From an uncultured Methanosarcinales archaeon (GTDB lineage Archaea > Nanobdellota > Nanobdellia > Woesearchaeales > DSVV01): a stretch of DNA of 37,686 nucleotides. The notes under the pieces are model-generated. The model was given only the letters and a program-made list of their open reading frames with translations, was not told the DNA's origin and ran no database searches. Position 1 is the stretch's first letter; every line of letters begins with the position of its first letter. Of the stretch, positions 17,751 to 27,887 are shown piece by piece. Made by a program: the position numbers and the translations under genes. The stretch is from contig CAZQHZ010000013.1 of assembly GCA_964593285.1 (NCBI GenBank), positions 1-37,686 on the forward strand, written 5' to 3'.

Positions 17751-18611
17751 ATGCTAAATATGCCTTTAAAAGATTATATGTCAAAACTTAATGAAATGTT
17801 TGTATTTTATAAAAATGATAAAAAAAGATTGAATAATATTGATTTAAAATTTTTAAAAAATGTTCCTTTTACTGAACCAATAATTAGAACATTTATTGAA
17901 AATGAATATTCTAAAAAAGAAATTTATGAATATGGTTTTATAAATAGGCAATGTGTTTATACAAGAATTTCTAATCTCAAATTTTTAGATGATAGATTTA
18001 AACAAGAAGATAATTCTATAATTTATCTATATAAATTTAAAAGTAACATTAATAATAATACCATGCGTGATTATTCTGCCTCTACAATTTATGCAATAAA
18101 CCAAATAAAAAGTAATGTTTTATTAGATCTTGGAAGTGCTGATGGAATTTTAAGTTTAGTCTCAAATAAAAATAACAATACTAAATGTATCAATGTTGAA
18201 TACGATAAAAATTGGAAATATTTATTTAAACAACATGTAAAAACAAATGAAATAAACATAAATGATTTTTTATATTTAAATGAAGATATAAATAAAAATA
18301 AATTAAAAGATAAAATACCAAAAAATGATATTGACACGGTTGTTGCAAATATAGGCCCACATTATGATAAAACACATATAAACGCAATAAGACAACTTGA
18401 ACATTTACCAAATGTCAACACATTTATTGGTGGTGGATATGTTAAATATTTTCCAAAAGATATAAATGATATTCTTCAAGCAACAAAAGCATATGAAGAA
18501 TTAAAAAAATTTGGATTTAATAATATTACAGAAATATATGGACCAATGTATTATCCAAATAATTTTTTTAAAACAATGTCACTTTTAAGTTTTATTGCAA
18601 AAAAAAATTAA
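17751..18611 (+). CDS. Putative class I SAM-dependent methyltransferase
   Basis: Motif I-like VLLDLGSADGILSL, acidic NVEYD at the end of strand 2, and DTVVANIG. Confidence 0.7.
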   Translation: MLNMPLKDYMSKLNEMFVFYKNDKKRLNNIDLKFLKNVPFTEPIIRTFIENEYSKKEIYEYGFINRQCVYTRISNLKFLDDRFKQEDNSIIYLYKFKSNINNNTMRDYSASTIYAINQIKSNVLLDLGSADGILSLVSNKNNNTKCINVEYDKNWKYLFKQHVKTNEININDFLYLNEDINKNKLKDKIPKNDIDTVVANIGPHYDKTHINAIRQLEHLPNVNTFIGGGYVKYFPKDINDILQATKAYEELKKFGFNNITEIYGPMYYPNNFFKTMSLLSFIAKKN

Positions 18612-19675
18612 TATAATTTTAATTCTTTTACTGCAATTAAAAACATTGCATGAGACCATGCTAGTGGCTTTATTGAAACTTGTTTTTTATTTTCAAATAT
18701 TTGTTCTGGAATTAGATTATTTTCTATGTCGTTAATTACTTTATTAAAATATTTTAATGACTCATTTTTTTTATTCATTTTATTTAAAACAATAGCCATC
18801 CAAAAATTAAGTAAAGGCCAATATCCAGCACCTCGTCTTGCATGAGTTCCTTGAAATGAAAAACCATCATAATCATCAAATTGATAACGATATACCCCAT
18901 AATTTTTTACTAATTTTTTTTGAATTAAATTTATTGTTTTTTTAAATCGATCATCATTTAAATCAACTACACTAAAAGGCCATAATAATCCTAAAAGACT
19001 TGCATCAATGCATAAATCATTATTTTCACCAAAACGCCTCATAAAAAAATTACCATTAAATGAATTATTTATTGTTTCTTTTATTTGAATGCTTGTTTTA
19101 ATCCATTTATCATTTTTATATAATTTTCCAATTGAATTCAAACCACTAAAACAAGCACAAAGAGCATAAGTATTGTTTTGTTTAAATTCAGGATAAGTAA
19201 AGCGCTCTTCCCATAAATCTTGCGTTTGTAAAATAAATTTGTTTTTTTGCCAAACACTACATAAACCATCAGCAAGTATATTTACTAAATTATTTATTTT
19301 TCTATTTTGTTTTATTTTTTCTAAATTTTTATCAGACCAATTATAAATTGCAAATAAAATACTTCCTTGCTGATCTGGCTGAAAATTACCCCATCTTTTT
19401 CTACCATTAGGATAATAATTTTGATAAATTAATTTTTTTTCTTTTACATCTTCACATCTATCATAAAGCCATTCAAAAAACAATTTTTGTTTTTTCTTTT
19501 CTTCAAATATATTAAATGCAAAACAAGTAAATGAAACATCACGAGGCCATACATACCTATAATTTTGAACATCTTTTGGATAATCAATTCTATCAGAATT
19601 AGCAGCAACAATACCACCATTTTCTAAACAACAATCATACAAAATGTCTTTTGATTTTTCAATTAAATCTTTCAT
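18608..19675 (-). CDS. Glycoside hydrolase family 15 (glucoamylase-like)
   Basis: YRYVWPRD, QDLWEE (catalytic acid region), IDASLL, GVYRYQFDDY, IPEQ, PLAWSHAMF. Confidence 0.92.
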   Translation of the reverse strand: MKDLIEKSKDILYDCCLENGGIVAANSDRIDYPKDVQNYRYVWPRDVSFTCFAFNIFEEKKKQKLFFEWLYDRCEDVKEKKLIYQNYYPNGRKRWGNFQPDQQGSILFAIYNWSDKNLEKIKQNRKINNLVNILADGLCSVWQKNKFILQTQDLWEERFTYPEFKQNNTYALCACFSGLNSIGKLYKNDKWIKTSIQIKETINNSFNGNFFMRRFGENNDLCIDASLLGLLWPFSVVDLNDDRFKKTINLIQKKLVKNYGVYRYQFDDYDGFSFQGTHARRGAGYWPLLNFWMAIVLNKMNKKNESLKYFNKVINDIENNLIPEQIFENKKQVSIKPLAWSHAMFLIAVKELKLY

Positions 19676-19719
19676 AAAAATAGAATAATAATTTAATATA
19701 AAAATATTGTTTTATTTTA

Positions 19720-19819
19720 NNNNNNNNNNNNNNNNNNNNNNNNNNNNNNNNNNNNNNNNNNNNNNNNNNNNNNNNNNNNNNNNNNNNNNNNNNNNNNNNN
19801 NNNNNNNNNNNNNNNNNNN
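19720..19819. other. Assembly gap (100 N)
   Basis: Run of exactly 100 N with TTTTA units on both sides. Confidence 0.98.
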
Positions 19820-19912
19820 TTTATTTTAATCAATAAATTTATTTTTACTAAATTAAATATACTTTCAAAATATTGATTAATATAGATTAAAAAACTTAAT
19901 AATTAAATCATA

Positions 19913-20878
19913 TTAAGAACCAATTAATTTTTTCAACTTTTTTGCAAAACCACCTTTTTCTTTATTATCATCTTTAGTTTCTTTTTCATTTATTTTTTTT
20001 TCATTTGTCTTTTCTTCTTTACTTTCTTTTTTATTTGAAGTTTTTATTTGTTTTTTAGATTTCTTCTTAGTTTTTTTAGAATTTGGTATTTGTTTTACTT
20101 CTTCCTTTGTTTTATTAATTTCTTCATCAATTGAATCATAAATATCAAAATCAACTTCATCTAATTTTTTTTCTATTGGCATTTCAAATTTTTCAGTTGA
20201 TGTTTTTTTTAAATTTGAAGATAAAATATCTAATTGATCCTTTGATTTATTTTCAATTGGTTTTTGCTCAATTTTTTTATCTTTATCTAAGTTAATTTTT
20301 TTATTTTGATGGTTTACATTACTTTGATTGTATATTTTTTGTTTTTTAGAAGATTTATAATTTTGATTTTTAAAATTCTTTTTTACACCAATTAAATATT
20401 TTGATACATTTTCCTCTAAATCAATAAAATGATCTGCACATTCTTTTAATTGTTTTGAAGAAGTTCTACCAAGCGCCATAACTTCAGTTCGACAGCCATG
20501 AGCTTTCATATATTCAAGTAAATCCTTAAAATCACCATCTCCTGAAACTAAAACTAATGTATCAATTTTATTGACCATCCGTACAGCATCCATAGCAATA
20601 CCAATGTCCCAATCGCCTTTTTTTGAACCACCATGAAAAATTTGTAAATCTTTTGATTTAACTTCAATTCCAATGTTATTTAACGCATCATGAAAATTAT
20701 ATTCTTCTTTAATTTCTGTTTTAATAACATAGCCAATTGCTCTAATTAATTTTCTAAATGAAACTGCTTCATTTAAAATTGCTCTAAAATCAACTTTTGT
20801 ATTGTATAAATGTTTTGCACTATAATACATGTTTTGTACATCAAACAAAACAAGAACTCTTTGCTCTTTATGTCTCAT
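19913..20878 (-). CDS. NYN-domain (LabA/DUF88, PIN-like) protein with long Lys/Glu-rich disordered C-terminus
   Basis: FDVQNMYY, KGDWDIGIAMDA, LVSGDGDF..L, ADHFIDL. AGGGGT SD-like site upstream. Confidence 0.92.
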   Translation of the reverse strand: MRHKEQRVLVLFDVQNMYYSAKHLYNTKVDFRAILNEAVSFRKLIRAIGYVIKTEIKEEYNFHDALNNIGIEVKSKDLQIFHGGSKKGDWDIGIAMDAVRMVNKIDTLVLVSGDGDFKDLLEYMKAHGCRTEVMALGRTSSKQLKECADHFIDLEENVSKYLIGVKKNFKNQNYKSSKKQKIYNQSNVNHQNKKINLDKDKKIEQKPIENKSKDQLDILSSNLKKTSTEKFEMPIEKKLDEVDFDIYDSIDEEINKTKEEVKQIPNSKKTKKKSKKQIKTSNKKESKEEKTNEKKINEKETKDDNKEKGGFAKKLKKLIGS

Positions 20879-20904
20879 ATTAATACCCCTAATATTTTAA
20901 ATAA

Positions 20905-21058
20905 TTATTTTATTTTATTTTATTTTATTTTNNNNNNNNNNNNNNNNNNNNNNNNNNNNNNNNNNNNNNNNNNNNNNNNNNNNNNNNNNNNNNNNNNNNN
21001 NNNNNNNNNNNNNNNNNNNNNNNNNNNNNNNTTATTTTATTTTATTTTATTTTATTTT
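20905..21058. repeat. (TTTTA)n pentanucleotide microsatellite interrupted by a 100-N assembly gap (20932-21031)
   Basis: About five TTTTA units on each side of the gap. Confidence 0.85.
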
Positions 21059-21971
21059 GTTTTTTATTCAATACTCTTTTAAATATTGAATTTGAAGCAA
21101 CAGCACCTTCAGCATAAGCAGATGCAATTTGTCGTAAATAATTAGAATTATTAGTTAAATCCCCTGCTGCATAAAAACCATCAACATTTGTCATTTGTGT
21201 TTTATCAACATCAATATAATTAAATTTATCAGCTAAAACACCCACTGTTTTTGCAATATCTAAAATTGGGTCAGAACCAATTTCAATAAAAACACCAGAA
21301 ACACTATGAGATTCATTATTATTTAAAACAACCTCATTTACAAACTCATCTCCCTTAATTTCTTTTACTGTTGTATTAGTTATTACTTTTATTTTATTAT
21401 TTTTTTCTATTCGCTCTTTCCATAATGGCTCCATTGGTAGATTACTTTGCATTTCGACTAAAATTATTGAATTAACATATTCACTTAAAAATAAACTAGT
21501 TTTTGCACCAGAATCATTTCCTCCAACAACCATTACATCTTTGTCCATATAAAATGGAGCATCACATGTTGCACAAGTATGAACGCCTTTTCCAAAATAT
21601 TTATTTTCACCAGGAACATTTAACATTCTTTTTTTAGTTCCAAGAGCATAAATTACAAATTTTGCTTTATATGTGTTTTCTTTAGTAATCACTTTAAAAT
21701 AATTTTGATTATCTTTTGTTTCTTTTACAATTTCAACTATAGTGTCTTTTTGATAATCAATATTATTATTTTTTATATGGTGCCTATAATTTTTTACAAC
21801 TTCTGCACCATTTGTTGGTTTAATGGTTGGAACATTTTCAATTATATGTGCACTACCAACAAACCCACCTATATTTTGAGATATAAGTAAAGTTTTTAAT
21901 TTATATCTTGCAGAATAAACTGCTGCATTAACTCCAGCAGGCCCAGCTCCAAGTATTGCTACATCATACAT
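21042..21971 (-). CDS. trxB: Thioredoxin-disulfide reductase
   Basis: YDVAILGAGPAG, GKGVHTCATCDA (redox CxxC), VVGGNDSG, GVFIEIG, TNVDGFYAAGD. Start moved to ATG 21971. Confidence 0.92.
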   Translation of the reverse strand: MYDVAILGAGPAGVNAAVYSARYKLKTLLISQNIGGFVGSAHIIENVPTIKPTNGAEVVKNYRHHIKNNNIDYQKDTIVEIVKETKDNQNYFKVITKENTYKAKFVIYALGTKKRMLNVPGENKYFGKGVHTCATCDAPFYMDKDVMVVGGNDSGAKTSLFLSEYVNSIILVEMQSNLPMEPLWKERIEKNNKIKVITNTTVKEIKGDEFVNEVVLNNNESHSVSGVFIEIGSDPILDIAKTVGVLADKFNYIDVDKTQMTNVDGFYAAGDLTNNSNYLRQIASAYAEGAVASNSIFKRVLNKKQNKIK

Positions 21972-22132
21972 ACAAAAAAAGAAAAATCCTATATTTAAAT
22001 ATTTTTTCAAAATAATTTTATAAATTTTTAACTTATTAGTTAAAATTTTTTTAAACAAAAAATATTTAAATAAGATAAATTATAAATATAAAAATAATTA
22101 AAATATCATTAAATATTTAAAAAAAATAAAAA

Positions 22133-23473
22133 ATGAACAATAATTACAATAATAAATATATAAAAATTTTATTAGTTATTCTAATTTCGTTTATTTTTAT
22201 TTCATCAGCTAAATCAGATATGGATAATGGCCTTTATTCTATGATTATCCACGATGATGATGATGAACCAATAACTTATTTTTACAAAAATGGAAATCTT
22301 GCAACAAAAGGAGAAATTTATGAAAATGAAGCTAGTTGTCCTACGTCTGAAATATTTAAAATTAAAAATGATGCTGACACAGTAGTGGCGTCAATAGATA
22401 ACGAAGGGAATTTATATTTAATGGGAGATATACAACAGGATCCAGAAGAAAAAATATTTAATATAAAAAATGATGATGATGTAATTACCCTTAGTATAGA
22501 TGAAAATGGAATCTTACGTAAATTTGGAACTGATGAATTTGCATCAGGATCAAATAATTATGAAGCAAGTTGTGAAATTTCTGCAACCAATAGCTCTAGT
22601 GAATGGTTTCAAAAACCAAGAACTGCTAAAGTTCTTAGAATTCACGATGATACGGATCTAGAACATAACATCATAAGATATCACTGGGGTCTTACTAATG
22701 AATTAAATGAAGATTGTACAGAAGGTGGCACAGAAATTAGTTCAGAAAATGCTATAATAGATGTTCCTGAATCAACACCACCTGGAACTAGATTATATTT
22801 ATGTTCTAATAATTCTTTAGGTTTTTGTGAAGAAAATGTTGCAACTTGGAATGGAGTTTATAGATATGCAGAAAATATAACATTTAATTTAGAAGGAAAT
22901 ATATATGAAGAAGATGAAGAAGGAGTTATTCAAGATGCAGAAGATGTTGAAATTACAGTATATGACATCAATGGAAATGAACTATTTTCTAATACAGGTT
23001 TTGAATCAGATTATAGTATCTCTAATATAGAACACATGAAAGAACATCCTTTTAGAGTTATTTTTAAAAAACCTGGATTTATACCTTATATTTTAAATTT
23101 AAATATCCCTGATGAAGATGGAGAAACATTAAATAACGATATAATTTTACAAAGATTATCAAGGTGTAACCCATCATGTACAGCATTCACTGATGGAGTA
23201 GAATATTGCAATAAAGGATGCGAAGATGTTAATGAATGCGAAGAAGTTCATGAAAATTGTGAATTTATGCCAAAAGATTTCATTATATCTATTAATGAAA
23301 CACATGAAGTAGATTGTTCAATTGATTGTAATGGTGTTAGAAAAAAAGTTGCATCAATTAGTATAAATGATATTGATTATAATGAAGATTTAAAAAATAT
23401 TGAAAGTTTTAATATAAGAAATATCAAAAAATCAGGAGACATGTTTAAAATTCATGCAATTGTTTGGGATTAA
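22133..23473 (+). CDS. Secreted acidic protein with three N-terminal repeats, a carboxypeptidase-regulatory-like beta domain and a Cys-rich C-terminus
   Basis: Signal peptide ending SAKS. Repeats SMIIHDDDDEPITYFYKNGNLATKG, IFKIKNDADTVVASIDNEGNLYLMG and IFNIKNDDDVITLSIDENGILRKFG. LEGNIY...VEITVY...FKKPGFIP. Eight Cys near the C-terminus. Confidence 0.75.
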   Translation: MNNNYNNKYIKILLVILISFIFISSAKSDMDNGLYSMIIHDDDDEPITYFYKNGNLATKGEIYENEASCPTSEIFKIKNDADTVVASIDNEGNLYLMGDIQQDPEEKIFNIKNDDDVITLSIDENGILRKFGTDEFASGSNNYEASCEISATNSSSEWFQKPRTAKVLRIHDDTDLEHNIIRYHWGLTNELNEDCTEGGTEISSENAIIDVPESTPPGTRLYLCSNNSLGFCEENVATWNGVYRYAENITFNLEGNIYEEDEEGVIQDAEDVEITVYDINGNELFSNTGFESDYSISNIEHMKEHPFRVIFKKPGFIPYILNLNIPDEDGETLNNDIILQRLSRCNPSCTAFTDGVEYCNKGCEDVNECEEVHENCEFMPKDFIISINETHEVDCSIDCNGVRKKVASISINDIDYNEDLKNIESFNIRNIKKSGDMFKIHAIVWD

Positions 23474-23589
23474 ATTAATTTTAAGTTTTTTATAAATAAT
23501 CCAAAATAAATCAAAAACTTTAAATAAAAATCTCAATTCTATAAAAAATTATTAAATAATCTAAAATAAAACATGGAAGGTGAAAATAA

Positions 23590-24000
23590 ATGACAATTGT
23601 AGGATTTAATTTTTCAAATATAGAAGCAAAAAGAAATAAAGCAGTTCAAGGAGAAGTAAAAATACAAAATAATGTAAAAATAGAAGATATTTCAGAAACT
23701 GAAATGACAATTGGTCAAAATAAACAAAAAGTTCTAAAATTTACTTTTAATTATGAATCAAAATATGAGCCTAAAATTGGAAATATTTTAATTAAAGGAG
23801 ATTTAATTTATATGAATGAACCAAAAATTATAACGGAAGTTTTAGAAAAATGGAATAGTAAAGAAAAAAAGATTCCAGAAAATGTTATTGGTCCAGTAAT
23901 TAATACAATATTAAATAAAAGTAGTATTATGGCACTTTTATTAACCAAAGAAGTTAATTTACCACCACAACTACAACTACCAAAAGTGAAGGTACAATAA
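23590..24000 (+). CDS. Conserved archaeal hypothetical protein, probable SecB-like fold
   Basis: IVGFNFSNIEAKR, FTFNYESKYEPKIGNILIKGDLIY and EVNLPPQLQLPKV (SecB-like C-terminal LPP.l.LP). SD AGGTGA upstream. Confidence 0.7.
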   Translation: MTIVGFNFSNIEAKRNKAVQGEVKIQNNVKIEDISETEMTIGQNKQKVLKFTFNYESKYEPKIGNILIKGDLIYMNEPKIITEVLEKWNSKEKKIPENVIGPVINTILNKSSIMALLLTKEVNLPPQLQLPKVKVQ

Positions 24001-24134
24001 TTATTTTTCCTTTTCTATTTGTTATTTTTATTATTTTTAAAAATTTCCAAAAGATTTATTTATAAAAAGAATTTTCAATTTATAGTTATTATATTTACTT
24101 AAAATATTTAATTACTAAAAACAGGTGTTTAATT

Positions 24135-26675
24135 ATGACAAAAGAAATTAAATTAAAAGTTGCAGAAGCATTTCAAGATGATGTTAATAAAGGAATAGTT
24201 AGAATTGACTCAAGTTTCATGCATCAGCTAGGTATAAGACCAGGTGACATTGTAGAATTATCTGGCGAGCGAAAAACTGTTGCTATATCTGATAGAGCAT
24301 ACCCTGGAGATATTGGCTTAAGTATTGTTCGAATGGATGGAATTACCAGACGAAATTCAAAAACGGGTATAGGTGAAATTATTACTGTTAAAAAAGCAGA
24401 AATAAAAGAAGCTACAAAAATAACAATTACACCTGCTCAAAAAGGAATACAAATCCAAGCCCACCCAACTATATTTAAAAATGGACTACTTGGAAGAGTT
24501 TTAATGAAAGGAGATATTGTACCGCTTGGTGGTGCAAATAAACGAAGAAATACAATGGGTGCATCTTTTAATGATATATTTGATATGATTAATGAAAATG
24601 TTCCAGGATTTGGATTTTCTGATTTAAAATTTATTGTTGCAGAAGTATTACCAAAACAAGCTGTTTTAATAACTGATCAAACTGAAGTTATATATGACCC
24701 TGAAGCTAAAAGTATTAGTGAAGAAAAAGTACTAGAAGTTACATATGAAGACATTGGTGGATTAACTGATGAGATTAAAAAAATTAGAGAAATGGTAGAA
24801 TTACCCTTAAAACACCCAGAAATTTTTGAACGACTTGGAATTGAGCCTCCAAAAGGTGTTTTACTTAGAGGGCCTCCGGGTACTGGTAAAACCCTACTTG
24901 CAAAAGCTGTTGCAAATGAAACTGCATCTAATTTTTTTTTAATAAATGGACCTGAAATTATGAGTAAATTTTATGGACAAAGTGAAGCAAATTTAAGAAA
25001 AAAATTTGAAGATGCTGAAAAAGGTGCACCATCTATTATTTTTATTGATGAAATTGATGCAATTGCACCAAAAAGAGAAGAAAACCCTGGTGAAGTTGAA
25101 CGAAGAGTTGTTGCACAATTACTTGGTGTAATGGATGGATTAAAATCTCGTGGAAAAGTTGTTGTAATTGCAGCAACAAATATTCCAGATTCACTAGATC
25201 CTGCACTTAGAAGACCTGGTAGATTTGATAGAGAAATTGAAATTGGGGTTCCAAATCAAGAAGGTAGATTAAAAATATTAAAAATTCACACAAGAAACAA
25301 TCCTTTTTTTACAAAAAAAGATGCATTAAAAGAACTAAATAATATTGAAGAAGATTACAAAGATGCAATTGAAATGCTACTAAATAATATTGAAAATGAA
25401 GATGAATTCATTTCATCAAGAATTGATAAAATAATTAGTAAATTTTTAAAAGATAACATGGACAAAAATGAATTTTTTATAAAAATTGATAACAACATTT
25501 TAAAAGATTATATTGATAAAATAAACAACAATCCAAAAGTTGTTAATATTAATAAAATCGCAGAAAAAACACACGGATTTGTTGGAGCAGATTTATCTGC
25601 CCTAGCAAGAGAATCTGCAATGGAATTACTTAGAAGGATTTTTCCTAATTTAAAGATAAATGAAAATGAACCAATCCCAAAATCTATGCTTGACAAACTT
25701 AAAATTACAATGAATGATTTTGATGAAGCACTAAAAACAGTAAGGCCTAGTGCAATGAGAGAAGTTTTCGTTGATATTCCAAACATTACATGGGAAGATA
25801 TTGGTGGATTAAAAGAAATTAAACAAGAATTAAAAGAAGCAATAGAGTGGCCTTTAAAAACTCCTCATAGCTTTAAACGACTTGGAGTTAAACCACCAAA
25901 AGGTGTGTTGATTTATGGGCCACCTGGAACTGGTAAAACCCTACTTGCAAAAGCTGTTGCAAATGAATCTAAATCTAATTTTATACCTGTAAAAGGCCCA
26001 GAATTGTTATCTAAATGGGTTGGAGAAAGTGAAAAAGGAGTTAGAAAAATATTTAAAAGAGCAAGACAAGTAAGTCCAGCGATTATTTTTTTTGATGAAA
26101 TAGATAGTTTAGCACCAAAACGTGGATCTAACAATTCAGATTCAAATGTAACAGAACGCGTAGTAAATCAAATATTAACTGAAATGGATGGACTTGAAGA
26201 AATGGACGATGTAGTTTTACTTGCAGCAACAAATAGACCTGATATTATCGATACTGCACTACTAAGACCTGGTAGATTTGATAGAATAATATTAGCTCCA
26301 ATTCCTGATGAAAAAACAAGAGAAAAGATATTTAAAATACATACAAAAAAAATGCCATTAAATTATGAAAACATTAATGAAAAAGAATCAGAAGGAAAAA
26401 ACAAAAAAGAAAATTTTTGTAAAATTTTAGCCAGTAAAACTAATGGTTATGTTGGAGCTGATATTGAAGCTGTATGTAGAGAAGCTGCAATGCTTGCATT
26501 ACGTGAAGATATTAACGCAAAAAAAATTACAATGAAATATTTTGATTTAGCACTCAAAAAAATACCACCATCAGGATCTGAAGAAATTCAAAAAGCATAT
26601 TCTGAAATAAAAGATCAATTCAGTTCAGCTAGAGCAAAAGAATTAAAAACAGAAAAACCAAATTATTTTGGTTAA
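24135..26675 (+). CDS. cdc48: CDC48/VAT (p97-like) AAA+ ATPase
   Basis: N-domain [10 protein letters not shown]...VRMDG..RRN. Two AAA modules, each with [17 protein letters not shown], Walker B (IIFIDEID / IIFFDEID) and RPGRFDR. C-terminal HbYX-like YFG. SD AGGTG. Confidence 0.97.
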   Translation: MTKEIKLKVAEAFQDDVNKGIVRIDSSFMHQLGIRPGDIVELSGERKTVAISDRAYPGDIGLSIVRMDGITRRNSKTGIGEIITVKKAEIKEATKITITPAQKGIQIQAHPTIFKNGLLGRVLMKGDIVPLGGANKRRNTMGASFNDIFDMINENVPGFGFSDLKFIVAEVLPKQAVLITDQTEVIYDPEAKSISEEKVLEVTYEDIGGLTDEIKKIREMVELPLKHPEIFERLGIEPPKGVLLRGPPGTGKTLLAKAVANETASNFFLINGPEIMSKFYGQSEANLRKKFEDAEKGAPSIIFIDEIDAIAPKREENPGEVERRVVAQLLGVMDGLKSRGKVVVIAATNIPDSLDPALRRPGRFDREIEIGVPNQEGRLKILKIHTRNNPFFTKKDALKELNNIEEDYKDAIEMLLNNIENEDEFISSRIDKIISKFLKDNMDKNEFFIKIDNNILKDYIDKINNNPKVVNINKIAEKTHGFVGADLSALARESAMELLRRIFPNLKINENEPIPKSMLDKLKITMNDFDEALKTVRPSAMREVFVDIPNITWEDIGGLKEIKQELKEAIEWPLKTPHSFKRLGVKPPKGVLIYGPPGTGKTLLAKAVANESKSNFIPVKGPELLSKWVGESEKGVRKIFKRARQVSPAIIFFDEIDSLAPKRGSNNSDSNVTERVVNQILTEMDGLEEMDDVVLLAATNRPDIIDTALLRPGRFDRIILAPIPDEKTREKIFKIHTKKMPLNYENINEKESEGKNKKENFCKILASKTNGYVGADIEAVCREAAMLALREDINAKKITMKYFDLALKKIPPSGSEEIQKAYSEIKDQFSSARAKELKTEKPNYFG

Positions 26676-26690
26676 TTTTTTTTATTTTAA

Positions 26691-27830
26691 TTAAGCAAAT
26701 AAAAGAAATAATTTAACTACCAATAATGAAACAATTGAATTCCCAAATATTATACAATACATAGTACCAATAAAAAGAAAAGGTGCAAAAGAAATATATG
26801 GATTAATATTAATATAATCAAAATCAAGTTGATTTTTTTTATACTTTAGTTTTAAATTTTTTATATCTTCATCACTAAAACCTTCGATTGATGGAACAAA
26901 AAAAGTTTTACCAGGAACATCTTTTTTACCAGTTTTGATTATTATTTTCTCACCATTATCAATTAATAATTTTTCTGTAATCATTCCTTTTTTAAGTGAA
27001 TTAACATGAATTTTTTTAGAAAAAGTAATAGTAGATAATTCATCTAATAACAACCTTAAAAAAACAAAAATTAAAACAATTATAAAAAAATTTCTAACAT
27101 AATCTAAATTATAAATTGAACTGTCAAACAATAATCTTAAAAACAAAATTATAAAAAAATAATAATAGTATTTAGATATAAGATAAATTAAATAATTACC
27201 TAAAAAAAGAGTAAATAATATGATAAAAAATATAAAAAAAAATGTTACTTCTTTAATATTTATAATAGACATAATGAACCTAAAAACCCATTCCATTAAA
27301 AAAATCATCAACATACTAATCATAATTTTTTTAGGATTTTTAATTAAATTTTTTACAGAATTAATTAACTGCTTAAAATTAGTTATTAAAACTTGGATGA
27401 ATAGATATATAAAAACTAAAACAATCGAATTTATAATAATTAATACACTTGGAAAATACCTTATATAATCATTTGTATAAATAAAAATAGGCGTTAAAAA
27501 TGCAAAAGATATAAATAATTTAGCATCCGCAGCACTCCAAACATTATAAATCCAAAGTATAAAAGAAATTATAATAGCAATCAATAAATTACTTAATGTT
27601 TGAATAAAAAAAGAGTATTCTTTTTCTTGACCGTTAATTATTAATGTAATAAAAAAATTTGAATCTGTAAAAAAATTATACAAAAAAATAATTGAATAAA
27701 ATAATAAACCATAAATTAAAGAAAATAAAATCCATTTGTTCCTGATTTTTCCATATTTTATATCTGTATAACTATTTAAAATTCCCAAAAATAATATAAT
27801 TGGTAAAATAAACCAAAGCAAATAAATCAT
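26691..27830 (-). CDS. Peptidase A24 family (prepilin/preflagellin peptidase-like) membrane aspartyl protease
   Basis: SYTDIKYGKIRN (first Asp), VWSAADAKL (GxxD-like second Asp), many TMs, LKKGMI insert and C-terminal ISFAPFLFIG. Confidence 0.85.
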   Translation of the reverse strand: MIYLLWFILPIILFLGILNSYTDIKYGKIRNKWILFSLIYGLLFYSIIFLYNFFTDSNFFITLIINGQEKEYSFFIQTLSNLLIAIIISFILWIYNVWSAADAKLFISFAFLTPIFIYTNDYIRYFPSVLIIINSIVLVFIYLFIQVLITNFKQLINSVKNLIKNPKKIMISMLMIFLMEWVFRFIMSIINIKEVTFFFIFFIILFTLFLGNYLIYLISKYYYYFFIILFLRLLFDSSIYNLDYVRNFFIIVLIFVFLRLLLDELSTITFSKKIHVNSLKKGMITEKLLIDNGEKIIIKTGKKDVPGKTFFVPSIEGFSDEDIKNLKLKYKKNQLDFDYININPYISFAPFLFIGTMYCIIFGNSIVSLLVVKLFLLFA

Positions 27831-27887
27831 ATATAAATAAAATAATAAAATATTTAAAATACTTTCTATTTTATAAATAAAAATAAA

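Noticed and set aside
20810..21082. ORF spanning the N gap
   Set aside because: Artefact of translating through Ns and the TTTTA repeat.
25305..25540. Intein in CDC48
   Set aside because: No N-terminal Cys/Ser splice motif, no C-terminal His-Asn followed by Cys/Ser/Thr, and too short.
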